Source: Luteimonas sp. (GTDB lineage: Bacteria > Pseudomonadota > Gammaproteobacteria > Xanthomonadales > Xanthomonadaceae). Taken from it: a DNA stretch of 59,719 nt. Of the stretch, positions 31,242 through 41,700 are shown piece by piece. Positions within the stretch are counted from its first letter, which is position 1; each line of letters starts with the position of its first letter. Location of the stretch: the NCBI GenBank assembly GCA_051953015.1, contig JBQCJF010000001.1:1-59719 (forward strand). The letters are read 5' to 3'. A program made the translations under genes and the position numbers. The notes beneath the pieces are model-generated. The model was not told where the DNA came from, ran no database searches, and saw nothing but the letters and a program-made list of their open reading frames with translations.

Positions 31242-31813
31242 CCGGCCGGGCAGTCTCTCCGCGCCACGATCAGGTTCGCGATCTCGTCGGCGGTGGCCGG
31301 CTTCGGCACGTTGCCGCCACCGCCGTCGAACACGACCTGCCATTCGCCGTCCTCGCCGCGCAGCCAGGTCGAGACGAACCGGCCCTGACGATAGCGCTTG
31401 TCGGCCGGGGCGGACGGGTTCTCGATCCAGTACGGTCCGCGCGACAGCGCGACCGCGCCGTTGGCGCCGACGTCGACGGCATCCGGATACCAGCGCAGCA
31501 CGATGTCCTTGCCGGCGATGAGGCCGGCCCACGACGCGGCGATGGCGTCGGCGCCGCGCGTCGCCGTGCCGCCCTCGACGAACACCGCATCCGGATGGAG
31601 GTAGCTGGCGAACGCGGCGGCGTCGTGGTCGGCGACCGACTGCGCGAAGCCGGATTCGCGCGCCCAGACCGCGCACGCGGCGGACGTCGCCGTCGCCGGC
31701 GCAGACCCGGCGTCTGCGGGGGCCGGCGTCTCCGGTGATGCGGGAGCGGGCGTCTCCTGCGCAGCCGCCAGCAGCGGGACGAGCAGCATCGACAAGGCAA
31801 GCATCTGGCGCAT
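31220..31813 (-). CDS. Secreted NTF2-like protein (DUF4440/YybH-like)
   Basis: Signal peptide MRQML..LAAA; WARE..FA, HPDAVF, G.F.STW...GEW.VVFDGG. Confidence 0.75.
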   Translation of the reverse strand: MRQMLALSMLLVPLLAAAQETPAPASPETPAPADAGSAPATATSAACAVWARESGFAQSVADHDAAAFASYLHPDAVFVEGGTATRGADAIAASWAGLIAGKDIVLRWYPDAVDVGANGAVALSRGPYWIENPSAPADKRYRQGRFVSTWLRGEDGEWQVVFDGGGGNVPKPATADEIANLIVARRDCPAGQGLRNL

Positions 31814-31857
31814 GGCGGGTCCCCCGTCCGGCAACGGCGGGAGCTTATCATCGGCGG

Positions 31858-33204
31858 ATGCACAGCCCAGCCCCTGCGACCGATCGCCGGCCGATCCCGT
31901 ACGCGGCACCGCTCGCCGCCCTCGCCCTCGCCTTCGCCCTCGCCACCCTCGGCGGCTGCGCTACCACGCCGGTCGCGACACCGGCCGCCGCATCGCCGGC
32001 GCCCGCGCTGCCGCCCGCGGTGCTGCTGGTCTCGATCGACGGCCTGCGCGCGGATGCCGTCGGCAGCGGTGTCATGCCGGCGCTCGATGCGCTCGCCGCG
32101 CACGGCGTGCACGCCGACTGGATGACCCCTTCGTATCCGTCGCTCACGTTCCCGAACCACTACACGTTGGTGACGGGGCTGCGTCCGGACCACCACGGGA
32201 TCGTCAACAACACCATGCGCGACCCCGCGCTCGGCGCGTTCTCGCTGCACGACCGCACCGCGGTGGAGGACGCGCGCTGGTGGGGCGGCACGCCCGCGTG
32301 GGTGACGCTGCAGCGACGGGGCGGCCACGCCGCGACGATGTTCTGGCCCGGCACGGAAGCGGCGATCGCGGGCATGCATCCGGACCAGTGGCGGCGCTTC
32401 GACGCCGCCATGCCGGACGCCGCGCGCGTCGACACGGTGCTCGACTGGCTTGCGCGCACCGATGCCGCGCGACCCACGCTCGTGACGCTGTATTTCGACC
32501 AGGTGGACAGCCGGGAGCACGCGTACGGCCCGGGTTCGCCGCAGGCGCTGCAGGCCGAGGCCGACGTGGACGCCGCGCTCGCCCGCCTGCTCCGCGGCCT
32601 CGACGCGCGCGGGCTGCGCGATCGCGTCGACCTGATCGTCGTGTCCGATCATGGCATGGCGCGGGTGCCCCCGGGGCAGCGCGAATACCTCGACGATTTC
32701 CTCGCGGCGAAGGGCCTGCCGGCGACCGCGATCGACGTCGCCAGCCGCGGCACCTCGGTCGGACTCGCGCCGGCGCCGGGCGCGGACGTGGTGGCGGTCG
32801 ACGCGGCGATCCTCGGCCGGCATCCGCATTCGGAATGCTGGCGCAAGACAGACGTTCCCGCGCGCTGGCACTACGGCGCGAATCCGCGCGTGCCCGCCAT
32901 CGTGTGCCAGGCCGACGTCGGCTGGATCCTGACGATGCGCCCGCCCGCCGGCGCGGGCGCCGGCATGCGCGACGACGACGAGGGTGGCGGCCACGCGACC
33001 GGCGCCCATGGCTACGCGCCGGAATCGCCCGAGATGCGCGCCGTCTTCGTCGCCGACGGCCCGCGCTTCGCCGACGGCAAGCGCCTGCCGCCGTTCGACA
33101 ACGTCGACGTCTATCCGCTGCTGATGCGCCTGCTCGGCGTGCCGGCGGAGCCGAACGACGGCGATCCGGCGACGCTCCTGCCGGCGCTCGAACCGGGGCG
33201 CTGA
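31858..33204 (+). CDS. Nucleotide pyrophosphatase/phosphodiesterase (alkaline phosphatase superfamily), lipoprotein
   Basis: Lipobox LGGC; LVSIDG, PSLTFPNHYTLVTG, VSDHGM, GAHGY, NVDVY. Confidence 0.9.
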   Translation: MHSPAPATDRRPIPYAAPLAALALAFALATLGGCATTPVATPAAASPAPALPPAVLLVSIDGLRADAVGSGVMPALDALAAHGVHADWMTPSYPSLTFPNHYTLVTGLRPDHHGIVNNTMRDPALGAFSLHDRTAVEDARWWGGTPAWVTLQRRGGHAATMFWPGTEAAIAGMHPDQWRRFDAAMPDAARVDTVLDWLARTDAARPTLVTLYFDQVDSREHAYGPGSPQALQAEADVDAALARLLRGLDARGLRDRVDLIVVSDHGMARVPPGQREYLDDFLAAKGLPATAIDVASRGTSVGLAPAPGADVVAVDAAILGRHPHSECWRKTDVPARWHYGANPRVPAIVCQADVGWILTMRPPAGAGAGMRDDDEGGGHATGAHGYAPESPEMRAVFVADGPRFADGKRLPPFDNVDVYPLLMRLLGVPAEPNDGDPATLLPALEPGR

Positions 33205-33269
33205 ACGGCCCGGGCATCGATGTCCGAATCCGGCGAGTCGGGCGCCGGCACCGGTGCTAGCCTGCATCC

Positions 33270-34796
33270 ATGGACTCCCTCCCCCCGCCCGAAGTCTGCG
33301 AGCGCGCCCGCCTGAGCCGCGACGCCCGCTTCGACGGGCTGTTCTTCACCGCGGTGAAAAGCACCGGCATCTACTGCCGCCCGGTGTGCCCCGCGCCGAC
33401 GCCGAAGCGCGCGAACGTGTCCTACTTCGGCAACGCCGCCGCCGCGGAAGCCGCCGGCTATCGCCCGTGCCTGCGCTGCCGCCCGGAACTGTCGCCCGGC
33501 GACGGTGCCTGGCGTCGCGGCGATGCGGCCGTGGCGCGCGCGCTGAAGCTGATCGACGACGGCCTGCTCGCGGAGCAACCGCTGTCCGCGCTGGCCGAAC
33601 GCGTGCACCTGGGCGAACGCCAGCTGCGGCGCCTGTTCGTCGAGCGCCTCGGCGCGCCGCCGATCGGCGTCCACGGCACGCGCCGCCTGCTGTTCGCGAA
33701 GCAGCTGCTCACCGAGACGTCGCTGCCGATCACCGACATCGCGCTGGCCGCGGGCTTCGGCAGCCTGCGCCGCTTCAACACGACCTTCCGCGACGCCTAT
33801 CGCATGGCGCCGCGCGACCTCCGCAAGCGCCCGGCCGCGCGCGAGGCGGACGAGGGCCTGGTGCTGCGGCTCGGCTACCGGCCGCCGTACGACTTCGCCG
33901 CGCTGCTCGCCTTCATGCGCGGGCGTGCGTTGCCGGGCATCGAGCACGTCGACGAGGCGAGCTATGCGCGCGCCGTGCTGCCCGACGACGACGCCCCGGC
34001 GGGCGCCGCCGCGTCGTGGTTGCGGGTCTCCGAATGGCCGGGCGGCGAGCACGCGCTCAAGCTCGAGCTGCACGGCGTGCCGCCGGCGCGCCTGATCGGG
34101 ATCGTGAACCGCGTGCGCCGCATGTTCGACCTCGATGCGGATCCGCAGGCGATCGGCGCGGTGCTGTCGCGTTCGCCGCGCCTCGCGCCGGTGCTCGCCG
34201 CGCACCCGGGCGTGCGCGTGCCGAGCAGCTGGGACGGCTTCGAGGCGGCGGTGCGCGCGATCGTCGGCCAGCAGGTCAGCACGACCGCGGCCCGCACCAT
34301 CGCCAGGCGGCTCGCGGAGCGCTTCGGCGCGCCGCTGGCGACGCCGTTCCCGGCGGGCACGGGACATCCGGCGCTCACGCACCGCTTCCCCACGCCCGCG
34401 GTGCTGGCCGACGCCGACCTGTCCGGCATCGGGCTGACCGGCTCGCGCGCGGAAACACTGCGCACCGTCGCGCGCGCCCTGCTCGACGGCGCGGTCGACT
34501 TCCGGCCCGAGCGCACGCTCGACGACTTCGTCGCGCGCTGGACCACGCTGCGCGGCATCGGGCCATGGACCGCGCAATACCTCGCATTGCGCGCGCTCGG
34601 ACACCCGGACGCGTTCCCCGCGGAAGACCTGATGCTGCAGCGCGCGTTCCCGCAGGAAGCGCCGCGCCTGTCGGCGAAGGCGCTCATCGCACGCGCCGAA
34701 GCCTGGCGGCCATGGCGCGCCTACGCGGTGATGCTGCTCTGGCGCGACCTCATGCCTGCACCGCGCGCGACGAAATCCGGAGGAAAATCGAAATGA
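33270..34796 (+). CDS. alkA: Ada-AlkA fusion (Ada Zn domain, AraC HTH, 3-methyladenine glycosylase II)
   Basis: SRDARFDG, GIYCRPVC, RPCLRC; AraC HTH (GFGSLRRF); AIVGQQVS, LRGIGPWTA, WRPWRAY. Confidence 0.9.
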   Translation: MDSLPPPEVCERARLSRDARFDGLFFTAVKSTGIYCRPVCPAPTPKRANVSYFGNAAAAEAAGYRPCLRCRPELSPGDGAWRRGDAAVARALKLIDDGLLAEQPLSALAERVHLGERQLRRLFVERLGAPPIGVHGTRRLLFAKQLLTETSLPITDIALAAGFGSLRRFNTTFRDAYRMAPRDLRKRPAAREADEGLVLRLGYRPPYDFAALLAFMRGRALPGIEHVDEASYARAVLPDDDAPAGAAASWLRVSEWPGGEHALKLELHGVPPARLIGIVNRVRRMFDLDADPQAIGAVLSRSPRLAPVLAAHPGVRVPSSWDGFEAAVRAIVGQQVSTTAARTIARRLAERFGAPLATPFPAGTGHPALTHRFPTPAVLADADLSGIGLTGSRAETLRTVARALLDGAVDFRPERTLDDFVARWTTLRGIGPWTAQYLALRALGHPDAFPAEDLMLQRAFPQEAPRLSAKALIARAEAWRPWRAYAVMLLWRDLMPAPRATKSGGKSK

Positions 34797-35350
34797 ACGC
34801 CGCAATGAACGCTGCAGGGACACCCGCCATGGCCCGGACGGACCAGGAGCCCGCCATCCGCTACACCGTCATCGACAGCCCGGTCGGACCGCTGCTGCTC
34901 GCCGCCGACGACGCGCACCTGCAGGTGCTGGAGTTCGAGACGCCCGCGCACCCGGTCAGGCGCGGCGTCCACTGGCGCGAGGGCCGCAATGCGGTCATCG
35001 ATGCCGCGCACGCGCAGTTGGACGACTATTTCGCCGGCAGGCGCCGCGACTTCGACCTGCCGCTCGCGCCGCAGGGCACCGAATTCCAGCGCGGCGTGTG
35101 GTGGGCGCTGGCCGACATCCCGTACGGGAAGACGATCAGCTACGCCGACCTCGCCAACCGCATCGGCAAGCCGACCGCCACCCGCGCGGTGGGCGCGGCG
35201 AACGGCCGCAACCCGCTGTCCATCGTGCTGCCCTGCCATCGCGTGATCGGCGCCGACGGCAGCCTCACCGGCTACGGCGGCGGCCTGCCGATCAAGACTT
35301 TCCTGCTCACCCTCGAAGGCGCCCTGCCCGCGGCGCCGGCGCTTCTGTAG
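34793..35350 (+). CDS. ogt: Methylated-DNA--protein-cysteine methyltransferase
   Basis: GTEFQ, IPYGKTISY, RAVGAANGRNP, PCHRV; ATGA overlap with alkA. Confidence 0.93.
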   Translation: MNAAMNAAGTPAMARTDQEPAIRYTVIDSPVGPLLLAADDAHLQVLEFETPAHPVRRGVHWREGRNAVIDAAHAQLDDYFAGRRRDFDLPLAPQGTEFQRGVWWALADIPYGKTISYADLANRIGKPTATRAVGAANGRNPLSIVLPCHRVIGADGSLTGYGGGLPIKTFLLTLEGALPAAPALL

Positions 35351-35358
35351 CGCCGCGC

Positions 35359-36579
35359 CTACGCGAGGAGCGTCACGACGGCGGCGCGATAGCGCGCGGC
35401 GATGGCGTCGCGATCGCGGTGCCGGCCGTCGGCGACCACGCGCTCGCCGGCGAGGCGGACTTCGCGCACCAGCGGGCGGTTGCCGCTGAAGATCCAGCGA
35501 TCGGCGACATCCGCCGCCGTCGCGCCGGCGAACTGCGGCGCGTCCGCGTCGAGCACGACGACGTCGCCGGACGCATCGAGCCCGGTCGCATTGCCCGCGC
35601 TCGCGTGCACGGCCTCCAGCAGCGTCTCGCCGACGCTCGGCGAGCCCGCGCGCACGGCGATGTTGCGGTGGTGCGTCGCCAGCCGCTGCCCGTACTCGAG
35701 CCACCGCAGCTCCTCCACCGGCGACACCGACACCTGCGAATCCGAACCGATGCCGATCGCCCCGCCGGCGTCGAGGTACGCGCGCAGGGGAAACAGTCCG
35801 TCGCCGAGGTTGGCCTCGGTGGTGGGGCAGATCGCGACGGTCGCGCCGCTGCGCGCGATGCCTTGGACTTCGGCGGGTTCGAGATGCGTGGCGTGCACCA
35901 GCGTCCAGCGCGCGTCGACCTCCGCGTTGCCCAGCAGCCATTCCACCGGGCGAGCGCCGCGCAGCGCCAGGCTGTCCTGGACCTCGCCCAGCTGCTCGGC
36001 GATGTGGATGTGCACCGGCATGTCGCGCGGCAGCGCAGCCAGCACCGCGCGCATCGCATCCGCGGGCACGGCGCGCAGGCTGTGCAGCGCGCAGCCCACG
36101 CGCAGCGATGCATCTTCGTCGCCGCGCAGCGCTTGGATCAGCGCGAGGAACGCGTCGACATCGTGGCCGAAGCGGCGCTGCCGCTCGGCGAGCGGCCGCC
36201 CGTCGAAGCCGCCCGTCATGTACAGCACCGGCAACAGCGTCAGCCGGATCCCGGACTCGCGCGCGGCGCGCAGCAGCGCGCGCGACATCGCGGCGGGATC
36301 GGCGTACGGCGTGCCGTCCGGCCGGTGGTGCAGGTAGTGGAACTCGCAGACCGTCGTGTAGCCGGATTCGAGCATCTCCGCGTACAGCTGCGAAGCCACC
36401 GCATGCAGCGTGTCGGGGTCGAAGCGCCCGGCCATGCGGTACATCGTCTCGCGCCAGGTCCAGAAGCTGTCGCCGGGATCGGTCTGGCGCTCGGCGAGCC
36501 CCGCCATCGCGCGCTGGAACGCGTGCGAATGCAGGTTGGCGATGCCGCGGCGGGCGAAGGGGTCTGTTTCCGGTCGCAT
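35359..36579 (-). CDS. hutF: Formimidoylglutamate deiminase
   Basis: [55 protein letters not shown]. Confidence 0.92.
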   Translation of the reverse strand: MRPETDPFARRGIANLHSHAFQRAMAGLAERQTDPGDSFWTWRETMYRMAGRFDPDTLHAVASQLYAEMLESGYTTVCEFHYLHHRPDGTPYADPAAMSRALLRAARESGIRLTLLPVLYMTGGFDGRPLAERQRRFGHDVDAFLALIQALRGDEDASLRVGCALHSLRAVPADAMRAVLAALPRDMPVHIHIAEQLGEVQDSLALRGARPVEWLLGNAEVDARWTLVHATHLEPAEVQGIARSGATVAICPTTEANLGDGLFPLRAYLDAGGAIGIGSDSQVSVSPVEELRWLEYGQRLATHHRNIAVRAGSPSVGETLLEAVHASAGNATGLDASGDVVVLDADAPQFAGATAADVADRWIFSGNRPLVREVRLAGERVVADGRHRDRDAIAARYRAAVVTLLA

Positions 36580-36624
36580 CGCCGCATTCTCCCCCCGCCG
36601 GGGCCGCAATGCGACAATCGCCGC

Positions 36625-37998
36625 ATGGACGCCGTACCGAGGGAAGAGGACGCCGACCTGGACCTGCTGTCCGGCGCCGGCTGGAAGCGCCGAGCCGCGT
36701 TGTGGGGCGGCGCCGTGGCGGTGGCGCTCGCTGCGATCCTGTTCGCGAAGGCCAGCGACCTGGCGTTCTCGCTGTTCCGCCGCCTGCTGGCGATCTCGCC
36801 GTACTGGGCGTTCGCCGCGACGCCGGTCGTGTTCGCGACGCTGGCATGGGCGACCGGCCGCGGCCTGCAGGCGACCCGCGGCAGCGGCATCCCGCAGGTG
36901 ATCGCGGCGTTGCAGACCCCGCGCGACTGGGCGAACCGGCACCTGTCGATGCGCGTGGCCGCCGCGAAGATGGCGCTCACGGTCGGCGGCCTGCTCGGCG
37001 GCGCGTCCATCGGCCGCGAAGGCCCGACGGTGCACGTGGGTGCCGCGATCATGCGCGCGGTCGGCGCGCGCTTCGGCTTCGCCGGCGATCGCCAGTCGGC
37101 GCGCTTCCTGCTCGCCGGCGGCGCGGCCGGCATCGCCGCCGCGTTCAACACGCCGCTGGCCGGCGTGGTGTTCGCGATCGAGGAACTCAGCGGCGCGTTC
37201 GAGCATCGCTTCTCCGGCACGCTGCTGACGGCGGTGATCGTCGGCGGCATCGTTTCGCTCGCCGTGCTCGGCAACTACACCTACTTCGGCAGCATGTCGG
37301 GATCGCTGCCGCTCGGCCGCGGCTGGCTGGCCGTGCTCGCATGCGGGACGTTGTGCGGGCTCGCGGGCGGCCTCTTCAGCCGGCTGCTGCTGGCCGCCGG
37401 CAGCAGCGGCCACCGCTGGGCGCACTGGCGCCAGCGCCATCCGGTCGTGGTCGCCGCCGCATGCGGCCTGCTGCTCGCGGTGATGGGCACCTGGGTGAGC
37501 GCCGGCGCGTTCGGCACCGGCTACGAGCAGGCGCGCACGCTGCTGCAGGGCGAGGGCCACGTCGGCCCGGCCTTCGGCGCGCTGAAGTTCGCGGCGAACC
37601 TGGTCTCCTACGCGGCCGGCATCCCCGGCGGCCTCTTCTCGCCGGCGCTCGCGGTGGGCGCCGGCCTGGGGGACAACCTGTCCGCCCTTCTGCCGGGCGT
37701 CGAGCCGACCGCGGTCGTCCTGCTGGGCATGTGCGGCTATCTTGCCGGCGTGACCCAGGCTCCGCTCACCTCGGCGGTGATCACGATGGAAATGACCGAC
37801 AACAACGGGATGCTGCTGCCGATCCTCGCGACCGTGCTGCTCGCGCGCGGCGCGTCGGCGCTGGTGTGCAGGCAGCCGGTCTACAAGGCGCTGGCGATGC
37901 GGCTCCTCGCCGCGGCCGATCGCGAAACGGCGGCGGCAGTCGCGGCGGTCGATCCGGCGGTCGATCCGGCGGATGCGCCCGCGCGGAGGCCGCGGTGA
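36625..37998 (+). CDS. CLC-family chloride channel/H+ antiporter
   Basis: [19 protein letters not shown]...IEE, GLFSP signatures. Confidence 0.92.
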   Translation: MDAVPREEDADLDLLSGAGWKRRAALWGGAVAVALAAILFAKASDLAFSLFRRLLAISPYWAFAATPVVFATLAWATGRGLQATRGSGIPQVIAALQTPRDWANRHLSMRVAAAKMALTVGGLLGGASIGREGPTVHVGAAIMRAVGARFGFAGDRQSARFLLAGGAAGIAAAFNTPLAGVVFAIEELSGAFEHRFSGTLLTAVIVGGIVSLAVLGNYTYFGSMSGSLPLGRGWLAVLACGTLCGLAGGLFSRLLLAAGSSGHRWAHWRQRHPVVVAAACGLLLAVMGTWVSAGAFGTGYEQARTLLQGEGHVGPAFGALKFAANLVSYAAGIPGGLFSPALAVGAGLGDNLSALLPGVEPTAVVLLGMCGYLAGVTQAPLTSAVITMEMTDNNGMLLPILATVLLARGASALVCRQPVYKALAMRLLAAADRETAAAVAAVDPAVDPADAPARRPR

Positions 37999-39203
37999 AC
38001 CGTTTCGACGGCATCGCGACCGGCGCGTCGATCGCGACGCTCGACGGCGAGGGCTACGGCGCGATCGCCGACGGCGCCCTGGCCTGGCGCGACGGCCGCA
38101 TCGCCTGGATCGGGCCGCGCAGCGCCTTGCCCGACGGCGCCAGCGCCGATGAAGAGCTGGATTTCGGCGGCGGCTGGATCACGCCCGGCCTGGTCGACTG
38201 CCACACCCACGTCGTGTTCGCGGGCGACCGCGCCGGCGAATTCGAGATGCGCCTGGAGGGCGCGAGCTACGAGGCGATCGCGCGCGCCGGCGGCGGCATC
38301 CTGTCGACGGTGCAGGCCGTGCGCGCCGCGGACGAGGCGTCGCTGCTCGCGCAATCGCTGCCGCGCGCCCGCGCGCTCCTGCGCGACGGCGTCACCACGC
38401 TCGAGGTCAAGTCGGGCTACGGGCTCGACTACCCGTCGGAACGGAAGATGCTGCGCGTCGCGCGCCGCCTCGGCGAGGAGCTCGGCATCGGCGTGCGCAC
38501 CACCTACCTCGGCGCGCACGCGCTGCCGCCCGAATTCGCCGGCGACGCGCACGGCTACGTCGCGGCGGCGATCGAATGGCTGGTGGCGCTGCACGAGGAG
38601 CGGCTGGTCGACGCGGTCGACGCGTTCTGCGAGGGCATCGGCTTCACCCCGGCGCAGACGCGGCGCATGTTCGAGGCGGCCTCCGCGCTCGGCCTGCCGG
38701 TGAAGCTGCACGCCGACCAGCTCAGCGACCTCGGCGGCGCCGCGCTGGTGGCCGAATACGGCGGGCTGTCCGCCGACCACATCGAGCACACCGACGAAGC
38801 GGGCGTGCGCGCGATGGCCGCGGCCGGCACCGTCGCGGTGCTGCTGCCGGGCGCCTTCCACGTGCTGCGCGAAACGAAGCTGCCGCCGCTCGACGCGCTG
38901 CGCGCGCACGGCGTGCCGATGGCGATCGCCACCGACTGCAATCCGGGCACCTCGCCGCTGCTGTCGCTGCGCCAGGCGATGCAGCTGGCGTGCGCGCACT
39001 TCCGCTTGACGCCGGAGGAAGCGCTGCGCGGCGCGACCGTCAACGGCGCGCGCGCGCTGGGCCTCGGCGATCGCGGCATCCTGCGCGCGGGCATGCGCGC
39101 CGACTTCGTGCACTGGCGGATTTCCCGGCCGGCGGAGCTCTGCTACTGGCTGGGCGGGGATCTCGCCGGCGCCGCGTATTCCGGCGGCCGGCGGGTGGCC
39201 TGA
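37995..39203 (+). CDS. hutI: Imidazolonepropionase
   Basis: [43 protein letters not shown]; GTGA overlap with the CLC gene. Confidence 0.95.
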   Translation: MNRFDGIATGASIATLDGEGYGAIADGALAWRDGRIAWIGPRSALPDGASADEELDFGGGWITPGLVDCHTHVVFAGDRAGEFEMRLEGASYEAIARAGGGILSTVQAVRAADEASLLAQSLPRARALLRDGVTTLEVKSGYGLDYPSERKMLRVARRLGEELGIGVRTTYLGAHALPPEFAGDAHGYVAAAIEWLVALHEERLVDAVDAFCEGIGFTPAQTRRMFEAASALGLPVKLHADQLSDLGGAALVAEYGGLSADHIEHTDEAGVRAMAAAGTVAVLLPGAFHVLRETKLPPLDALRAHGVPMAIATDCNPGTSPLLSLRQAMQLACAHFRLTPEEALRGATVNGARALGLGDRGILRAGMRADFVHWRISRPAELCYWLGGDLAGAAYSGGRRVA

Positions 39204-39212
39204 CACGACGAC

Positions 39213-39230
39213 GGCCGCGGATCCGCGGCC
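39213..39230. terminator. Palindromic hairpin GGCCGCGGATCCGCGGCC between convergent hutI and THX genes
   Basis: Perfect 18-bp palindrome 9 bp after the hutI stop; U-tract is weak. Confidence 0.5.
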
Positions 39231-39278
39231 TTCGCTGGTTCGATGCGGCGGGCGCGGGCCCGCGCGATGATCGCGGGA

Positions 39279-39467
39279 TTACTTGGCCGCGGTCTTCTTC
39301 GCGACGGCCTTCTTCGCCGGCGCCTTGGTCACGCTCTTGGTCGCGGCCTTCTTCGCCACGGGCGCGGCGGTGGTGCCGGCCGCCTTCGCCGCGGCGCGCG
39401 GACGCGCGTTGCCGTAGCTGGCGTTGTAACGCTTGCCCTTCGCCGTCTTCCTGTCGCCCTTGCCCAT
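39279..39467 (-). CDS. 30S ribosomal protein THX (bS31) with Lys/Ala-rich tail
   Basis: MGKGDRKTAKGK...SYG..RPR signature; GGAG RBS. Confidence 0.88.
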   Translation of the reverse strand: MGKGDRKTAKGKRYNASYGNARPRAAAKAAGTTAAPVAKKAATKSVTKAPAKKAVAKKTAAK

Positions 39468-39558
39468 TTCGTGCTCCTGTCCGGTGTCATGCGGCCACGG
39501 AAACGGGCCGAAGGCGGCGATTTTAACCTGTATCAGGCAGCCGGGAATCCTTCCTGCG

Positions 39559-39999
39559 TCAAGCGGGTTCCTGCCGCGCGTGGCGACGCGCCGGATGGGA
39601 ACCGCAAGCGGGATCCGTCCCTGCGCGATTGAGCCGCAGGTTGGCCAGGTGGGCGAGCCCGACCAGGGTGCCGCCGAGGGTCATGATCACCGCGTGCGCC
39701 ACCACCGCGTGGTGGAGCGGCTCGTATCCGGTGCCGAGCCACAGCGCCGCCAGCCCGGGGAGCAGCAGCCAGAGCGCGCGCACGGCACGGTGCCGGCGGT
39801 AGCCCCAGACCAGGGTGAACAGGCCCAGCAGGGTCGCGAACGCCACGAAGCCGCGCTCGAAGCCGTCGTCCAGCCATGCCGCGATGCCCAGCGAGGGCAG
39901 CAGCGCGATCAGCGCCGGCAGCAGCGCGCAGTGGATCGCGCAGAGCAGCGAGCCGGTGGCGCCGAGGCGGTCGAGCAGCGAGGACTGGCGGACGTTCAT
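39559..39999 (-). CDS. MerC-domain membrane protein
   Basis: LDRLGATGSLLCAIHC..LP; GYRRH; H...AH..N. Confidence 0.82.
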   Translation of the reverse strand: MNVRQSSLLDRLGATGSLLCAIHCALLPALIALLPSLGIAAWLDDGFERGFVAFATLLGLFTLVWGYRRHRAVRALWLLLPGLAALWLGTGYEPLHHAVVAHAVIMTLGGTLVGLAHLANLRLNRAGTDPACGSHPARRHARQEPA

Positions 40000-40002
40000 T
40001 GC

Positions 40003-40015
40003 GTTACATTGTAAC
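40003..40015. promoter_or_regulatory. Zur box GTTACA-T-TGTAAC
   Basis: Perfect 6-1-6 palindrome resembling the proteobacterial Zur core GTTATnnnATAAC; overlaps a TACAAT -10 just upstream of the MerC-domain ATG. Confidence 0.7.
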
Positions 40016-40783
40016 AGTCCGGGGTGTCCGCCGGATGAAGGCCTGGGCCAGCAGGGCCACCGCCGCCAGGGTCCAGACGATCATCGCGCCGCTCGGCAGG
40101 TCGAGCACCGCCGACAGCACCAGCCCGAGCACGTAGCCGGCCACGCCGATGCCGTAGGCCAGGCCGAGCCGGCCCCTGCCCTGCATCGCGACGGTGGCCA
40201 GCGCCGGCACGATCAGGCTGGCGAACACCAGGTACACGCCGACCAGCTGCACCGACACGGTGATCGCCAGCGCGAACAGGCCGTAGAACCAGACGCCGGA
40301 CAGCTGCCCGCGGCGCCACGCGAGCACGCCCAGCAGCGCCGCCGACAGCAGCGCCGGGAACACCAGCTGCGGATAGCTCACCCACAGGATCTGCCCGACC
40401 AGCAGGTCCTTGAGGTGCTCGCCGCCCTGCGGGTTGTTCGCGAGCAGCAGCAGGCCGCCGGTCGCGGCGAGCACGAACAGCGTGCCGATCAGCGGCTCCT
40501 GCCGCTCCGGCCAGCGCTTGTCGGTCCACGCGAGCAGCCCCGCGCCCAGCAGCGCCGCGACTGTGGCCGCCGCCTGCGCGCCGTAGCCATGCTCGTCGAT
40601 GCCGAGGTACTGCGCGAGGCTCACCCCACGCCCCGCGATCTGCGCGATCGCGAGGTCGATGAAGATGATGCCGCGCGACAGCACCTGCCGCCCGAGCGGC
40701 ACGTGCGTGGAGAGCACGATCAGGCCGGCCACGCAGGCCGGGCCGAGGATCGCGACGTCGAGGCCGTCCCAGTTGAGCGTCAC
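40004..40783 (-). CDS. Metal (Zn) ABC transporter permease, ZnuB-like
   Basis: HVPLG..VL.RGIIFIDLAIAQ, EPLIG, GVYLVFASLIVPA, DLPSGA; GTG start overlaps the binding-protein stop. Confidence 0.88.
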   Translation of the reverse strand: MTLNWDGLDVAILGPACVAGLIVLSTHVPLGRQVLSRGIIFIDLAIAQIAGRGVSLAQYLGIDEHGYGAQAAATVAALLGAGLLAWTDKRWPERQEPLIGTLFVLAATGGLLLLANNPQGGEHLKDLLVGQILWVSYPQLVFPALLSAALLGVLAWRRGQLSGVWFYGLFALAITVSVQLVGVYLVFASLIVPALATVAMQGRGRLGLAYGIGVAGYVLGLVLSAVLDLPSGAMIVWTLAAVALLAQAFIRRTPRTVTM

Positions 40784-41691
40784 TTGGCCACCGCCAGCAG
40801 CTTCGAGATCGTGGAATCGAACATGCCGAACAGGTCCTTCGACTGCGCGTCGCCGCCGACGGTGAACGGCAGCGTCACCGCCGGCACGCCGGTGCGCTCG
40901 CTGAGCCAGTCGGCCGGCTTCGGATCCTGGTAGGCCGCGCGGACGATCGCCAGCGTGTCCGCCGACCTGGTCAGCGCGATCAGCTGCGACATGTGCGCGA
41001 CCGTCGGCGGCACCGCCGGCTTCGGCTCGAGCGCGCCGATCTGCTGCATGCCCAGCCAGTCCCACAGGTACACCCAGGCGATGTGGTGGACGACGATCTT
41101 GCGGCCCTTCAGCGGCGCGGCCTCGGCCTTCCACTTCGTCATCGCGGCCAGCCAGCGCTTCTCGAAGTCGGCGCCGCGCTGCCTGTACGTGGCGGCGTTC
41201 GCGGGATCGAGCTCGGCGAGCCGGTCGTCGAGGCGGCGCGCGATGATCAGCACGCGGCGCGGATCCAGCTGCACGTGCGGGTTGCCGTCGGGGTGCACGT
41301 CGCCGTTGGCGCGGTCGAGCGCGCTCGGCTTCTCGAGCGTCTTGACCTGCGCGGCGGCCATGAACGAACCCGGGCCCGACGCGATCGTGGTGTTGCCGGA
41401 CTGGCGCACGAGCTGCGGCAGCCAGCCCACTTCCAGCTCGGCGCCGGTGCACACGGCGAGGTCGGCGCTGCGCGCCTTGGCGATCAGGCTCGGCTTCGCC
41501 TCGATGACGTGCACGTCCTGGAGCGCGGTGGTGGCGACGTCGAGGTCGACCTTGTCGCCGGCGAGCTCGGTCACCAGCGAGCCCCATTCGGGCTCGCAGG
41601 CGAAGACCTTCAGCTTGCCGGCCTGCGCCGGCGCGGACGCGAGCGCGGCGACGGCGAGCAGGAGAACGGATGCGGTGGCGTGGAGCTTCAT
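40780..41691 (-). CDS. Metal (Zn) ABC substrate-binding protein, ZnuA-like
   Basis: Signal peptide; QDVH, G.ELE.GWL, GDVHPDGNPH, H..W.Y, LEPKP. Confidence 0.9.
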   Translation of the reverse strand: MKLHATASVLLLAVAALASAPAQAGKLKVFACEPEWGSLVTELAGDKVDLDVATTALQDVHVIEAKPSLIAKARSADLAVCTGAELEVGWLPQLVRQSGNTTIASGPGSFMAAAQVKTLEKPSALDRANGDVHPDGNPHVQLDPRRVLIIARRLDDRLAELDPANAATYRQRGADFEKRWLAAMTKWKAEAAPLKGRKIVVHHIAWVYLWDWLGMQQIGALEPKPAVPPTVAHMSQLIALTRSADTLAIVRAAYQDPKPADWLSERTGVPAVTLPFTVGGDAQSKDLFGMFDSTISKLLAVAK

Positions 41692-41700
41692 GCGTGATCC

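Noticed and set aside
34793-34816. 12-bp tandem duplication ATGAACGCCGCA/ATGAACGCTGCA at the ogt start (similar short duplications at the CLC C-terminus and hutU N-terminus)
   Set aside because: In-frame two-copy microduplications in variable termini; they only make the start codon ambiguous.
39559-39999. Mercury resistance locus
   Set aside because: No merR, merA, merT or merP; context and Zur box indicate zinc homeostasis.
40615-40640. Arg within a predicted TM segment of the ZnuB-like permease (QIAGRGVSLA)
   Set aside because: The frame is intact and it could be a base-calling error or a tolerated variant; cannot be judged without reads.
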